Below, piece after piece: positions 8,260-17,607 of a DNA stretch of 60,236 nucleotides. Source of the DNA: a virus (lineage: Duplodnaviria; Caudoviricetes); IMG/VR virus record IMGVR_UViG_3300017714_002351, positions 1 to 60,236 of that record. One strand, written 5' to 3'. The position numbers were made by a program, and so were the translations under genes. Every line of letters begins with the position of its first letter. Position 1 is the first letter of the stretch. Below the pieces are notes generated by a model that worked only from the letters and a program-made list of their open reading frames with translations, was not told the origin of the DNA and did not search any database.

Positions 8260-8508
8260 ATGGCACTAGAGAAAAAAGCATGGCAGAAGTTAAAACGTAA
8301 GTCACCTAAGGTGCCGGACATAACTTGCCCTATCATTGACGATGTTATAGAACGTTTACAAAAGCATCAAGACAAAAACAAAGTAATGACATCATACCAA
8401 CATGATGTTATAATCCGTCGCATGGAAAAGCTACGTACTGATAACGAACTTCTACGTGAAGGTGGCGAGTATTGGTATCAACTTTGCAAGAAGTGGCTAA
8501 AGCCATAA
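8260..8508 (+). CDS. Hypothetical protein
   Basis: ORF directly after TAAATA; PDITCPIID motif. Confidence 0.7.
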   Translation: MALEKKAWQKLKRKSPKVPDITCPIIDDVIERLQKHQDKNKVMTSYQHDVIIRRMEKLRTDNELLREGGEYWYQLCKKWLKP

Positions 8509-8580
8509 GCATATTATAATATGCTAATAACCTTATAAGAACTAACAAATCCTTTTGGTAATATAAATAATAATATGCAC

Positions 8581-8608
8581 TTGACATTATTTGTCATTGT
8601 GTTAACAT
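8581..8608 (+). promoter_or_regulatory. Sigma70-like promoter for alkB with inverted repeat over -35
   Basis: TTGACA-16-TAACAT; TGACA-N5-TGTCA dyad. Confidence 0.5.
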
Positions 8609-8653
8609 AGTAATACATTGTGATAAACTACAGTCGAAAGACGGGAGAACGCA

Positions 8654-9718
8654 ATGAATAAACTTTTCGTAAACATAAGGTACTTCATAGCACCATTGTT
8701 AATACTTGTAACACTCGTAGGAGTGTTGGCAGGTGGAGCATGGGCTTGGACAGGTGTGGGCTTATTGGGAGTAGGCATTATACTTGACACCCTTATCAAC
8801 GTACAGACTCGTGGAGCAGTTGATGAGAATGGTGAGACCTTAGGCATCCCCTGGTTACAGAATACAGTAATGTATATGATGTTGCCAGTCTTTGTAGCAC
8901 TTCAGTTAGCTCTTGCTTACCAAATATATAATGGTATGGCAGGTGCAGAACTATTAGGTGCTGTATTATCAACAGGTATATTTGCAGGCATAGGTATAAT
9001 CTATGGGCATGAACTATCGCACACCAAAGGCGTTGCATTCGTAATTAGTCGTTGGATGATGGCGTTATCAGGTTCAGCACATTTCTGTTATGCTCATGTG
9101 TACAATCATCACTTGGAATTAGCAAGTGAAGATGATCCTGCAACTGCACCTAGAGGACGTGATATCTATTCACACTATGTCAAATCACACTTAGGTCAAT
9201 CTAAGTTCTTGTTTGAGATGGAGAAGCAAAGATTGAAACGTTTACAGAAGCCTTTCATATCTATTGGTAACAGATGGATAAGAGGTTATATGATGAGTGT
9301 TCCTTCACTTGCATTGTTCTTCTTTGCAGGTGGTTGGTTAGGTGTTGCGTGTCTGGCTCTTGTTTGGGTAATATCAAACTTTGAGTTAGAAGCACTTAAC
9401 TATCTAGAACACTATGGTTTGGTACGTGTAAAAAGCGAGCCTATAGACTATAGACATTCTTGGGATAACTCAACACTATTCACTTCATGGTTCTTTATAG
9501 AGATAGGTCGTCAAGCTGATCATCATGACAGAGGCGAAACTCATTTCTGGGAACTTGATGAAGTAGGTGCACCAAACACAGGAGTAGGATACTTCACGTT
9601 GTTTGCACTCGCACTAATACCTCCAGTGTTTAATGCTTTCATGAAGAAACATTTAGACAACTGGGATAATAACTTTGCCACAGAAGCAGAGAAAGAGATA
9701 GCGGCTAAACTAGCCTAA
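8654..9718 (+). CDS. alkB: Alkane 1-monooxygenase (membrane di-iron hydroxylase)
   Basis: His boxes GHELSH, HVYNHH, NYLEHYG (AlkB-type HYG motif), QADHH; DPATAPRG; HSWD. Confidence 0.9.
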   Translation: MNKLFVNIRYFIAPLLILVTLVGVLAGGAWAWTGVGLLGVGIILDTLINVQTRGAVDENGETLGIPWLQNTVMYMMLPVFVALQLALAYQIYNGMAGAELLGAVLSTGIFAGIGIIYGHELSHTKGVAFVISRWMMALSGSAHFCYAHVYNHHLELASEDDPATAPRGRDIYSHYVKSHLGQSKFLFEMEKQRLKRLQKPFISIGNRWIRGYMMSVPSLALFFFAGGWLGVACLALVWVISNFELEALNYLEHYGLVRVKSEPIDYRHSWDNSTLFTSWFFIEIGRQADHHDRGETHFWELDEVGAPNTGVGYFTLFALALIPPVFNAFMKKHLDNWDNNFATEAEKEIAAKLA

Positions 9719-9725
9719 GTCATCG

Positions 9726-9760
9726 GGTGCCTCGGAAGCCTTTCGCGGGGCACCTTTCTT
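9726..9760 (+). terminator. Intrinsic terminator after alkB
   Basis: GGTGCC...GGCACC stem followed by TTTCTT. Confidence 0.6.
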
Positions 9761-9869
9761 GTTCATACAACGTTCATCTTCTAAATGATATATATTATTA
9801 GTACATTTCTTGTACTGTGGACCGCGGTCATGAGACAACCGGCACATAACTCTAACTTGGAGAAGCACG

Positions 9870-9947
9870 ATGCAATGGAACACTCCACAAATCGTAGAGG
9901 TATCAGTTGGCTTAGAGATTAACTGCTATGCCTGTGCAGAAATATAG
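9870..9947 (+). CDS. pqqA: PQQ precursor peptide (not in ORF track)
   Basis: MQWNTPQIVEVSVGLEINCYACAEI: W-x-x-P and E-x-x-x-Y (EINCY) hallmark; GGAG RBS. Confidence 0.92.
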   Translation: MQWNTPQIVEVSVGLEINCYACAEI

Positions 9948-10036
9948 GTTGACATTATAATATAGAGATAGTATATTATAATTTTAATCCAAGGGTTGAG
10001 CAATAGCTTGGCCCTTTCTTCATGAAAGGAGCACCG

Positions 10037-10171
10037 ATGAAAACGTATAGTTTAGAATTAGTATTGTTTAGCTGGTTAGCTTACAATATCTTAATAGAAA
10101 TTACTTCCTGGTTCGACAAGGAAGAAGTTGGACTACCACCCGCAGTTAACGAAATAGTGGTGGACAAATGA
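10037..10171 (+). CDS. 44-aa TM protein (not in ORF track)
   Basis: AAGGAG RBS; MKTYSLELVLFSWLAYNILIEITSW...; ATGA overlap with next gene. Confidence 0.65.
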   Translation: MKTYSLELVLFSWLAYNILIEITSWFDKEEVGLPPAVNEIVVDK

Positions 10172-10353
10172 TTGAGTTTATGGTAGTGATATGGTTAGGG
10201 TATAACTATGACAACCCTAAGGAAATAGGTGCGTGGGAAACTTGCGACGAAGCATATGAGTTTGCCATAAACACACAACCTGAGTTCAAGGCATTTGCTT
10301 GTTTTGATTCTGTACACTATATTAAGTACAGGGATAATATCTTAAGTTGGTAG
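10168..10353 (+). CDS. Small hypothetical protein
   Basis: Translationally coupled ORF with two Cys. Confidence 0.65.
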   Translation: MIEFMVVIWLGYNYDNPKEIGAWETCDEAYEFAINTQPEFKAFACFDSVHYIKYRDNILSW

Positions 10354-10390
10354 TAAGATAATGTGGCGGGTGAATTACCCGCACACACTT

Positions 10391-10876
10391 TTATATATTA
10401 TTTTCGTTTGGTACTATTGAACCGTTACCAAATAAATCTACTGCTTTCCAAGATGAGTATATCTTCCATCCTGGTACTTTAGGTGATGCATCACGCATTC
10501 CTAAAAGAAAGACCTTGTCTGAAGCTACCTTGGCCGCTTTGATAAGTGCTTTATCTTCCTTATCTTTCATCTTCCAACGATACTGTCTAATTGACTTATA
10601 CAGTAAGTCGTGTATGATTGCCGCTCTAGCCACATCGAAAGGAGCAATAAAGGCCCACATAGCTCTTGGTACTGATGCTAAATCTGTTACGAACCCTGTT
10701 GGTACTGTTATTGTTTCTGTTTTGTTAGTATCGCGTTTTACTTTGACACCAACACCTTTTAATGCGTTGATTTCTTCAACTGTTAGGTCTGAGGTTGTGT
10801 ACGACAAATCTCTACCCAGTTTCCACTTACGTGGTGGATTGAACTCTGCCATAATTTTATTATTAAATGAACCCAT
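10391..10876 (-). CDS. DUF1353 family protein
   Basis: ITVPTGFVTDLASVPR...AAIIHDLLY signature. Confidence 0.85.
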   Translation of the reverse strand: MGSFNNKIMAEFNPPRKWKLGRDLSYTTSDLTVEEINALKGVGVKVKRDTNKTETITVPTGFVTDLASVPRAMWAFIAPFDVARAAIIHDLLYKSIRQYRWKMKDKEDKALIKAAKVASDKVFLLGMRDASPKVPGWKIYSSWKAVDLFGNGSIVPNENNI

Positions 10877-10968
10877 ATTACTTGCCCTCCATTGCAAGTA
10901 TATTTATCGTAGTAGTTAATAATTCACTTGACAAGCACAGAATAAGATTGTAGTATATATACAACAAT

Positions 10969-11042
10969 GCGGGTATCGTATAGTGGTAATACCTCAGCCT
11001 TCCAAGCTGATGCTGTCAGTTCGATTCTGACTACCCGCTCCA
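10969..11042 (+). tRNA. tRNA-Gly(TCC)
   Basis: GCGGGTA/TACCCGC acceptor, TCAGC-CTTCCAA-GCTGA anticodon arm, GTTCGATT T-loop, encoded CCA. Confidence 0.95.
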
Positions 11043-11100
11043 ATACTGTTCTTTAAGGAAAGTTTACGTTGTTCTAACACTAAATACAGTATAAGGGAAT

Positions 11101-11382
11101 TTGACTATGAGAAAACGTACACGATCTATACTAGAAGAGCTGAATCAGATACATCGTACAACTAATAACGATGCTTTGATCCAATCTACAGGCAATAACT
11201 TGATTGAAAGTGCTATAAACCTACTGAATAGGATAGCAGAAAGCTACGATCAAGAAACTGCACAGGAATTGGAAAGACGCTTTATCAATAGTATTAGAAG
11301 TGGTGACCCTAGAAAATTTAAACGTGGTGTTGATAAAATTATAGAATCCCATCAAAAGGATGACGACAATGCAAATTCTTAA
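11101..11382 (+). CDS. Hypothetical late protein
   Basis: After TAAATA at about 11081; TRSILEEL...ERRFINSIR. Confidence 0.75.
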   Translation: MTMRKRTRSILEELNQIHRTTNNDALIQSTGNNLIESAINLLNRIAESYDQETAQELERRFINSIRSGDPRKFKRGVDKIIESHQKDDDNANS

Positions 11383-12067
11383 CGAAGGTGGTAACGTATT
11401 CAAGACACCAGATGGTGCTGAAGCAACCAAAAGAATAAACAAAGCAGATGTAGAGCCTACACTTAAATGGCTTGAAAAAATCACAGGACTTGATCATGTA
11501 AACTTTATGCTAGGTTCAACTGGTATCAAAGATACATCAGGTGACTTAGACGTTGCAGTTGACAAAGAGAACGTTGACAAGAACGGTTTAGTAGCAAAAC
11601 TAAAAGCCTGGAAAGATAAGAACGCACCCAATGATGAAGACAGAGCCTGGATAGCAAAGACAGGTATCAGTGTACACTTTAAAACTCCTATCAATGGAGA
11701 TGCAAAGAACGGATTTGTACAAACAGACTTAATGTTTGGTGATCCTAAGTTTATGCAGTTTGCCCTACGTGGTGCGGCTGACAGTGAATTCAAAGGACAA
11801 CACAGAATGATCATGATAGCCAGTATTGCAAAAGCACAAGGTTACAAATGGTCACCAACAAACGGATTAGTAGATAGAATTACTAACCAACCTGTAACTA
11901 AAGATCCAACCGAGGTAGCTAAAACTTTAATGGGTGATGGTGCAACTGCTGAAGATATGAGAAGTGTTGAAACTATCAACAAGAAAATTAAAACAGATCC
12001 TAACTATGAGAATCTAGTTAAAGATGCAAAAGACTACTTTGAAAAAGAAGGACTACAGTTACCGTAA
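11369..12067 (+). CDS. Pol-beta-superfamily nucleotidyltransferase with capsid-targeting-like N-terminus
   Basis: LGSTGIKDTSGDLDVAV (GS...DxD), third acidic residue in VQTDLM; N-terminus MQILNE|GG. Confidence 0.65.
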   Translation: MQILNEGGNVFKTPDGAEATKRINKADVEPTLKWLEKITGLDHVNFMLGSTGIKDTSGDLDVAVDKENVDKNGLVAKLKAWKDKNAPNDEDRAWIAKTGISVHFKTPINGDAKNGFVQTDLMFGDPKFMQFALRGAADSEFKGQHRMIMIASIAKAQGYKWSPTNGLVDRITNQPVTKDPTEVAKTLMGDGATAEDMRSVETINKKIKTDPNYENLVKDAKDYFEKEGLQLP

Positions 12068-13191
12068 TGAAATTTGATGAATTTAATAACATATTAAGAG
12101 AAGGTGCTCGTATCGACCACGCAGAAGATATTATCTTTTGGGAAGGTAGCAGAGGTGCGAAACGTGTTATTGATTCTATTATAGGATTAACAAAAGGTAA
12201 CACACAATCACTTACAATCAAATGGGACGGCTCACCAGCAGTTATATTTGGTAGAGATGAGAAAGGCCAGTTTGTGTTTACAGACAAGTCAGGCTTTGTT
12301 GCAAAAGGTTATGACGGTAAAGCCAAGTCAGCAGATGACATTGAGAAGATGCTTAAGAACCGTCCAGGGTATCAAAGAGATCCAGAAGGGTTTGGAAAGT
12401 TTGCAGGCAATATGAAAAAGGTATTCCCTGCATTTGAAAAAGCAATACCAGAAGACCACAGAGGCTACTTCAAAGGCGATATGTTATATTTTAACACACC
12501 AGAACAAGATAACGGAGCATTTACTTTTAAACCGCAACTTGTTTCCTATAAGGTTAACGCAGACAGTGACATAGGTAAACGTGTTGCACAGTCCGAGGCA
12601 GGGGTTGTGATTCATAGAATTGTTGAGCCCGACGGTAGTGAAAAGCCATTAACTGATTATGATATATTTCAAGGTAACAGTTTATTAGTGTTACCTCCAG
12701 TCACTGTACAACAAGCACCAGAAGTAGACATGAGTGGTGTTAATAAAATTACTGCTATCGTTAACAAGAATGCGGCAGGCATTGATACTTTACTTGACAA
12801 AGGTAAGTTGAAACAAATGCAACTGTCAAACTTTGCAGACATATTATATAATTACGTAAACGTAAAAACAGATACAGGATTAGACAACTTAGGCAAAGAC
12901 TTTATGCAATGGCTACAGAGTAGTGCTGTTAGCAATAACAAAAAGGCAAAGATAACTGAGTATGTTAAAACGAACATGACAGCCTTTACGGCTTTATGGA
13001 ACATAGTTAGTGGAATAATGAATGTTAAGAACAACATTATCGACCAACTAGAAAAACAACCTGCTGATGTACAAGCATCAATAGGAGATAAACCAGGGGG
13101 CGAAGGATATGTACTAGCTCACCCAACTGGTGATATTAAATTTGTTAACCGTGCTGGCTTTAGTGCGGCGAACAGAGCAGTACAACGATAG
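12067..13191 (+). CDS. Ligase-like covalent nucleotidyltransferase (DUF6267-like) with capsid-targeting-like N-terminus
   Basis: IKWDGSP (motif I KxDG), FKGDML (III), GEGYVL (IV), IKFVNR (V); N-terminus MKFDEFNNILRE|G. Confidence 0.6.
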   Translation: MKFDEFNNILREGARIDHAEDIIFWEGSRGAKRVIDSIIGLTKGNTQSLTIKWDGSPAVIFGRDEKGQFVFTDKSGFVAKGYDGKAKSADDIEKMLKNRPGYQRDPEGFGKFAGNMKKVFPAFEKAIPEDHRGYFKGDMLYFNTPEQDNGAFTFKPQLVSYKVNADSDIGKRVAQSEAGVVIHRIVEPDGSEKPLTDYDIFQGNSLLVLPPVTVQQAPEVDMSGVNKITAIVNKNAAGIDTLLDKGKLKQMQLSNFADILYNYVNVKTDTGLDNLGKDFMQWLQSSAVSNNKKAKITEYVKTNMTAFTALWNIVSGIMNVKNNIIDQLEKQPADVQASIGDKPGGEGYVLAHPTGDIKFVNRAGFSAANRAVQR

Positions 13192-13200
13192 GAGATAATA

Positions 13201-13641
13201 ATGAAAGCAACTGATTTTATTAAAGAAATAGATGCAGACGATCAAGATGCTATTGATTCTTTAAAGAAACAAATAGATCCAGCTGACGTAGATGGTGGTG
13301 ATCTAGAAAAAGGATTTGGTGATAAACACGTATCACTAATCAACCAAGTACACAAAGTAAAAGATTCACAGGGTAATCCAAATCCTGTTAATACTGTTAC
13401 AACATCAGATGGTGGTAAGTTTAAGATCAAAGGTTGGCAGGCTGATTTAATCATGCAGATGCTAACAGGTAACTATAACCAACGCCAGAAGATGGAGTTT
13501 ACAAAAGACGTAAACAGCAAGAAAGATATGCTAGGTGCATTACTTGGTGAGCCAGGACCTAAAGAGATGGTTCTTAAATTTAAAGAACTAGTGAATCCTG
13601 AAATGCAAGCCAGAAGTGCATACGAAAGCAAAAAAGTATAA
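13201..13641 (+). CDS. Putative internal head protein
   Basis: N-terminus MKATDFIKE resembles T4 capsid-targeting sequence. Confidence 0.6.
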   Translation: MKATDFIKEIDADDQDAIDSLKKQIDPADVDGGDLEKGFGDKHVSLINQVHKVKDSQGNPNPVNTVTTSDGGKFKIKGWQADLIMQMLTGNYNQRQKMEFTKDVNSKKDMLGALLGEPGPKEMVLKFKELVNPEMQARSAYESKKV

Positions 13642-13652
13642 GGAAAACAAGA

Positions 13653-14519
13653 ATGGAACTTGAGTTTCTAGAAGAGCTATACGAAGCAAGAATGACCCGC
13701 AACTCGGGTGACACAGCAAAGTTAACATTTAATGACTGCTGTGAAAGACTCTATCTGAGTTTACTTGTTCTTGAACTTCTTAGACAGTATCCAAAGTATA
13801 CATCAGCCTCAAGGGCTTATGCAAAAGCAACGAAGGCAGTTAATTACAATCGCTTTCAGATGCAGGGTACTGACTTACACAACTTCATTTACTTTGTGAA
13901 TGGAGATGATGAAGCTCTAGCTAAACTTAAAGATCCTGATAGTGCTAGAATGGTTGCTAGAAGAATTACATTACCAATGATGGCAATCAATAGATATCTT
14001 ACTACACTTTCAAGTGGGATGTCATCAAGAACTAGTGAAACGTTTATGGGTATTGAATCGGCATTACGTATCTCCAATGCTGATTACAAAGCCATTCGTA
14101 GACAACTTACTAACTTTCAAAACCTAGCAACATATGACAGAAAGAAAATTGCTACTAGACTAGTGTTAGCCGTTAGAGCTAAACTAAGAAGCAGTGATAT
14201 AATTAGATTCCTAGAAGAACTTGTAGCTGAAAGAGATTTAGAAACAGGAACAGTCAAGGACAACGAACCAATAATTAGTGTACCAGACCTTTCAACTAGT
14301 GGTAAGGAATTATCTTTATACAGATATCTAGTTGGTGCAAGAAATTTAGTAGGTACTAAAAAGTTTTTAGAACTTGCAAAGAATGGTCAAAGTGTTCCAA
14401 GCACGTTCGTAAAACAATATATGCCTGCTATTGAAATGATAGATGATATCGTAAAAGCAGGGCCAGGATACGTACAAATGTTACGATCCTTACAAAAACG
14501 AGCCAAACAACGCCGATAA
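13653..14519 (+). CDS. Putative internal head protein
   Basis: N-terminus MELEFLEELYE|ARM. Confidence 0.6.
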   Translation: MELEFLEELYEARMTRNSGDTAKLTFNDCCERLYLSLLVLELLRQYPKYTSASRAYAKATKAVNYNRFQMQGTDLHNFIYFVNGDDEALAKLKDPDSARMVARRITLPMMAINRYLTTLSSGMSSRTSETFMGIESALRISNADYKAIRRQLTNFQNLATYDRKKIATRLVLAVRAKLRSSDIIRFLEELVAERDLETGTVKDNEPIISVPDLSTSGKELSLYRYLVGARNLVGTKKFLELAKNGQSVPSTFVKQYMPAIEMIDDIVKAGPGYVQMLRSLQKRAKQRR

Positions 14520-14541
14520 CTCCGGTTTTTTCCAAAAACTT

Positions 14542-14549
14542 ATAAATAC
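14542..14549 (+). promoter_or_regulatory. T4-type late promoter TATAAATA
   Basis: Exact motif upstream of 14609 gene. Confidence 0.7.
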
Positions 14550-14608
14550 TAGTAACATACCACACAAGAGAAACGTGTGTATGGTCATTAGAACATAGGA
14601 GAAATAAA

Positions 14609-14971
14609 ATGGCTGGAGTAACAAGAGTAAATGGATTTGGCAACTACGTTGTTGGATCATACAGATCAAGTGCTAACATTGGCGCTTATTTAGTAACAGT
14701 AAAAAATGCCTCTAACGCGGCAGTAGATATCAGAGCAGAAGACGATGCGGCTAACGAAGCTGTTGAGGCTATCATGATGGCTACAAACGCAATTGGTTCA
14801 TCTTTCGCAGATGCTAACACAGGCGTAGCAACACTTTTAGTTGACGGATCACAACATGACGCGGCTTCTTTACAATTTGTATTAAGAAACCTAGGAACAA
14901 CTGTTGGACCAAACAACATCGACTTTAGTGGAACAACTGTTGCGGCGGCTTCTACATTAACAGCGGCGTAA
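14609..14971 (+). CDS. Small Ala/Gly/Thr-rich virion structural protein (putative)
   Basis: Own late promoter, strong RBS and terminator; composition typical of structural proteins. Confidence 0.6.
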   Translation: MAGVTRVNGFGNYVVGSYRSSANIGAYLVTVKNASNAAVDIRAEDDAANEAVEAIMMATNAIGSSFADANTGVATLLVDGSQHDAASLQFVLRNLGTTVGPNNIDFSGTTVAAASTLTAA

Positions 14972-15007
14972 TCCAAAGTTAAGTAGTTAGTTACTAAAAC
15001 TAATTTA

Positions 15008-15041
15008 AAGGGCGGTTCATTATTTGTTCCGCCCTTTTTTT
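15008..15041 (+). terminator. Intrinsic terminator
   Basis: AAGGGCGG...CCGCCCTT then T-run. Confidence 0.8.
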
Positions 15042-15059
15042 ACGACTATAAGTATGAGT

Positions 15060-15482
15060 ATGAACTTTGAAGTAGCTACATTAATAGATATAACTCAGAC
15101 TAACCAAACAAAGTTTCGATCAGATGATAGGACAGCTATCAATCAACAGGCTAATTGGAATACATTCCTGCAGGTGATAGGGTTGAGATCCAATCCATAC
15201 TTTGACGAAGCACCAAGTGTTGTTGAAGGACTAGACATCACCAAGAGCGAGTTTGGTACAGCTTATACGGGTAAACAAAAGGTGTGGTACTTTAAGTTTA
15301 GCATTGAACAAGAAGGTGCTTTGAGTGTAGACTTCCTTAAAGACGACTTTGATCTAGTACCTGTGGTAGCAGGACTTACTGAAAGCATTACAATTAATAA
15401 CAATGCTTTTAGAACAAAAGATGAAGAATCACGTAACGTGATCTTTAAATTAGTAGATAATACTCCAGACTCGGTTGTATAA
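15060..15482 (+). CDS. Hypothetical late protein
   Basis: Likely start ATG 15060, 5 nt after TAAGTA; TLIDIT...NQQANWNT. Confidence 0.7.
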   Translation: MNFEVATLIDITQTNQTKFRSDDRTAINQQANWNTFLQVIGLRSNPYFDEAPSVVEGLDITKSEFGTAYTGKQKVWYFKFSIEQEGALSVDFLKDDFDLVPVVAGLTESITINNNAFRTKDEESRNVIFKLVDNTPDSVV

Positions 15483-15571
15483 ATACTAACATAAGGCAAA
15501 CATTACATCAAGTACTAGGCGATTAAATTATAGGCCCCTTCCACGATAAATTAAGGAACGGAGAGATAAAG

Positions 15572-15808
15572 ATGGCAAGAGCCACTAAATTAGAAAAAGA
15601 AAGTCTAGAAGCACACGTAGACTTATGCGAACAGAGATATAATAACTTAGAGCTTCGTCTGAGCAAGATCGAAACGAAAGTTGAGCATATCCACGCAGAC
15701 ATTACTAATAACAACAAGTCAATGACAAAAGTGTTGATAGGCTCAGCAGGTACGATTGTAGCTGGACTACTGTCAACTATAATAGTAATATTACTAAACT
15801 CTCAATAA
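15572..15808 (+). CDS. Coiled-coil plus C-terminal TM protein (XhlA/holin-like)
   Basis: LEAHVDLCEQRY coiled coil followed by hydrophobic helix. Confidence 0.6.
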   Translation: MARATKLEKESLEAHVDLCEQRYNNLELRLSKIETKVEHIHADITNNNKSMTKVLIGSAGTIVAGLLSTIIVILLNSQ

Positions 15809-15851
15809 TCCAAACCAAAACACTTCCCCAAACACATAGATAAATACACGT

Positions 15852-16130
15852 ATGCTATTACGTGAGATATATGAACCGTTAGACGAAAAGCAAATATGGG
15901 CTCGATCTGGTAAGAAGGTCGTTCGTAAGTATCGTTGCACGGCAGGTAGACGCAAAGGCCGTATTGTTAAACAGATGGCACAATGCTTTGCGGCACCTAA
16001 TATGAAGGCACGAATAACTATGAAACGCACTAGAGCTAGAATAGGTGCTCGTATGATGAGGAAGGCTAGACGTACCAAACGTACAAATCCAGCTTCACGT
16101 AGAGTACAAGCATTGAATAGAAGAGGGTAG
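15852..16130 (+). CDS. Highly basic putative internal head protein
   Basis: Acidic leader MLLREIYEPLDE then Arg/Lys-rich body with RKYRCTAGRRKGRIV. Confidence 0.7.
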   Translation: MLLREIYEPLDEKQIWARSGKKVVRKYRCTAGRRKGRIVKQMAQCFAAPNMKARITMKRTRARIGARMMRKARRTKRTNPASRRVQALNRRG

Positions 16131-16131
16131 T

Positions 16132-16485
16132 ATGTTAATCAAAGACATAATGACTGAGTCTATCAAAGAGGGAGTTATTCAGATCTGGGGTAAGAACAAG
16201 GGTAAACTTGTTCGTAAGTATAGATGTACAAGCGGATCACGTAAGGGCAGAATTGTAGCACAACCGTCAACCTGTAACGCGGTAAAGAAAGTTGGTAGTG
16301 CTATAAATATAAAGAGAGCTAAGGCACGTAGAGGTAGTGTAATGAAAGTTAAGACCCAACGCCAAAAACGGGCAAGTGGACTTACCAAAAGACTTACAAC
16401 TGCTAACAAGCCACAGACGCAAAAACGTTATAAAAAGGCTCCAACAAGACGAAAAAAATTTAAGACAGGAAGAAGAAAGAAATAA
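16132..16485 (+). CDS. Highly basic putative internal head protein, paralog of 15852
   Basis: MLIKDIMTESIKE leader; RKYRCTSGSRKGRIV shared motif. Confidence 0.7.
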   Translation: MLIKDIMTESIKEGVIQIWGKNKGKLVRKYRCTSGSRKGRIVAQPSTCNAVKKVGSAINIKRAKARRGSVMKVKTQRQKRASGLTKRLTTANKPQTQKRYKKAPTRRKKFKTGRRKK

Positions 16486-16944
16486 ATGAGAGCAAAGGAC
16501 TTTACAAAACCAGTTGAAGAACAACAAGTAGTTGAAGTCGTTCCAGCTATTGGAGCCGCACTAGGACGTGTGGGTGCAAAGATGGGATCTGCGGCGGCTA
16601 AGGCCGGTGTTAAAGCAGGAGCTCAATTAGGTAAAGTCGGTGCCGGTAAAGCAAAAGGCATAGGCGCGGCGGCAGTGAAAGCTGTCAAACAAGCACAAAG
16701 TAAAGTTTCAAAAGCTATCCTTAAAAAAGGATCACAAATAGCAATACCCACTCAAGGGGGAAAAGAAACTGAATTCGATATTGACGATGTTAAGGGCGAT
16801 ATGATTACATTAGCCAACCCGGAAACAAAACCAGGTGAACCAAAAGCATTCGTATATAATAAAAAAGAACTAGATCAGATAGTCAAACAAAAAGCTGACA
16901 AGGCCACAGGTGGAACAAACCCAATGGCAGGTAAGGTAGTTTAA
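16486..16944 (+). CDS. Putative internal head protein, Ala/Gly/Lys-rich
   Basis: MRAKDF...VVE|VVPAIGAALG. Confidence 0.65.
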   Translation: MRAKDFTKPVEEQQVVEVVPAIGAALGRVGAKMGSAAAKAGVKAGAQLGKVGAGKAKGIGAAAVKAVKQAQSKVSKAILKKGSQIAIPTQGGKETEFDIDDVKGDMITLANPETKPGEPKAFVYNKKELDQIVKQKADKATGGTNPMAGKVV

Positions 16945-17150
16945 TGAAGATAAATGATCTATTAGGAGAATTCAGTATTCAAACAAGTAATGAGGAAAAG
17001 GAAGTACTTGAAAAAGTACAACATCCTGTTCCATTTCATGCTTTCCCAGAGAGAGAACAATTCGTTATCGAAGGACTTATAAGAAAAGCTCTTATAACTA
17101 AAGTTAACCGTAACGGAATGACAGTGGTAGTTGCTAATGGATCCGACTAA
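16944..17150 (+). CDS. Small hypothetical protein
   Basis: MKINDLLGE leader; coupled to neighbours. Confidence 0.65.
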   Translation: MKINDLLGEFSIQTSNEEKEVLEKVQHPVPFHAFPEREQFVIEGLIRKALITKVNRNGMTVVVANGSD

Positions 17151-17574
17151 ATTACAATCAGACTTAGACGAGATAATGGAAAGTGGCCTTCAGAAGGTAC
17201 ATATTCCATTTGTTAAAGGCAAAGGTAAGTCGGTACGCATTAAGAATACTATATTCAGAGAATCCAAAAAAGAAGGTGGCTACTTGATATTTGACGTTGG
17301 ATCGCACAAGAGAGTCGCTACAACCTTTAGTAAACGTGGTGCCATAGCATTAGCTAAAGCTAGAGCTAGAAATGACGAACATACCCAAAGAACCGTGCTA
17401 GATTTGGATCAAAAGCTGGGTAAACACTATATGGACAGTATTTTCCACAAGCATACCATAGAGCAAACAGACGATGATATGCGTAGAGAAGCCGCAGAAA
17501 TGCGTTTTGAGTTGGCTAAAGACCATACTTGGTCATACATCTGCCAGTTAGACGAGTTCATCTTTGACGATTGA
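17137..17574 (+). CDS. Hypothetical protein
   Basis: ORF in late cluster. Confidence 0.7.
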   Translation: MDPTKLQSDLDEIMESGLQKVHIPFVKGKGKSVRIKNTIFRESKKEGGYLIFDVGSHKRVATTFSKRGAIALAKARARNDEHTQRTVLDLDQKLGKHYMDSIFHKHTIEQTDDDMRREAAEMRFELAKDHTWSYICQLDEFIFDD

Positions 17575-17607
17575 TGATAAATAACTATAACGATAGGAAC
17601 AAGAGCT

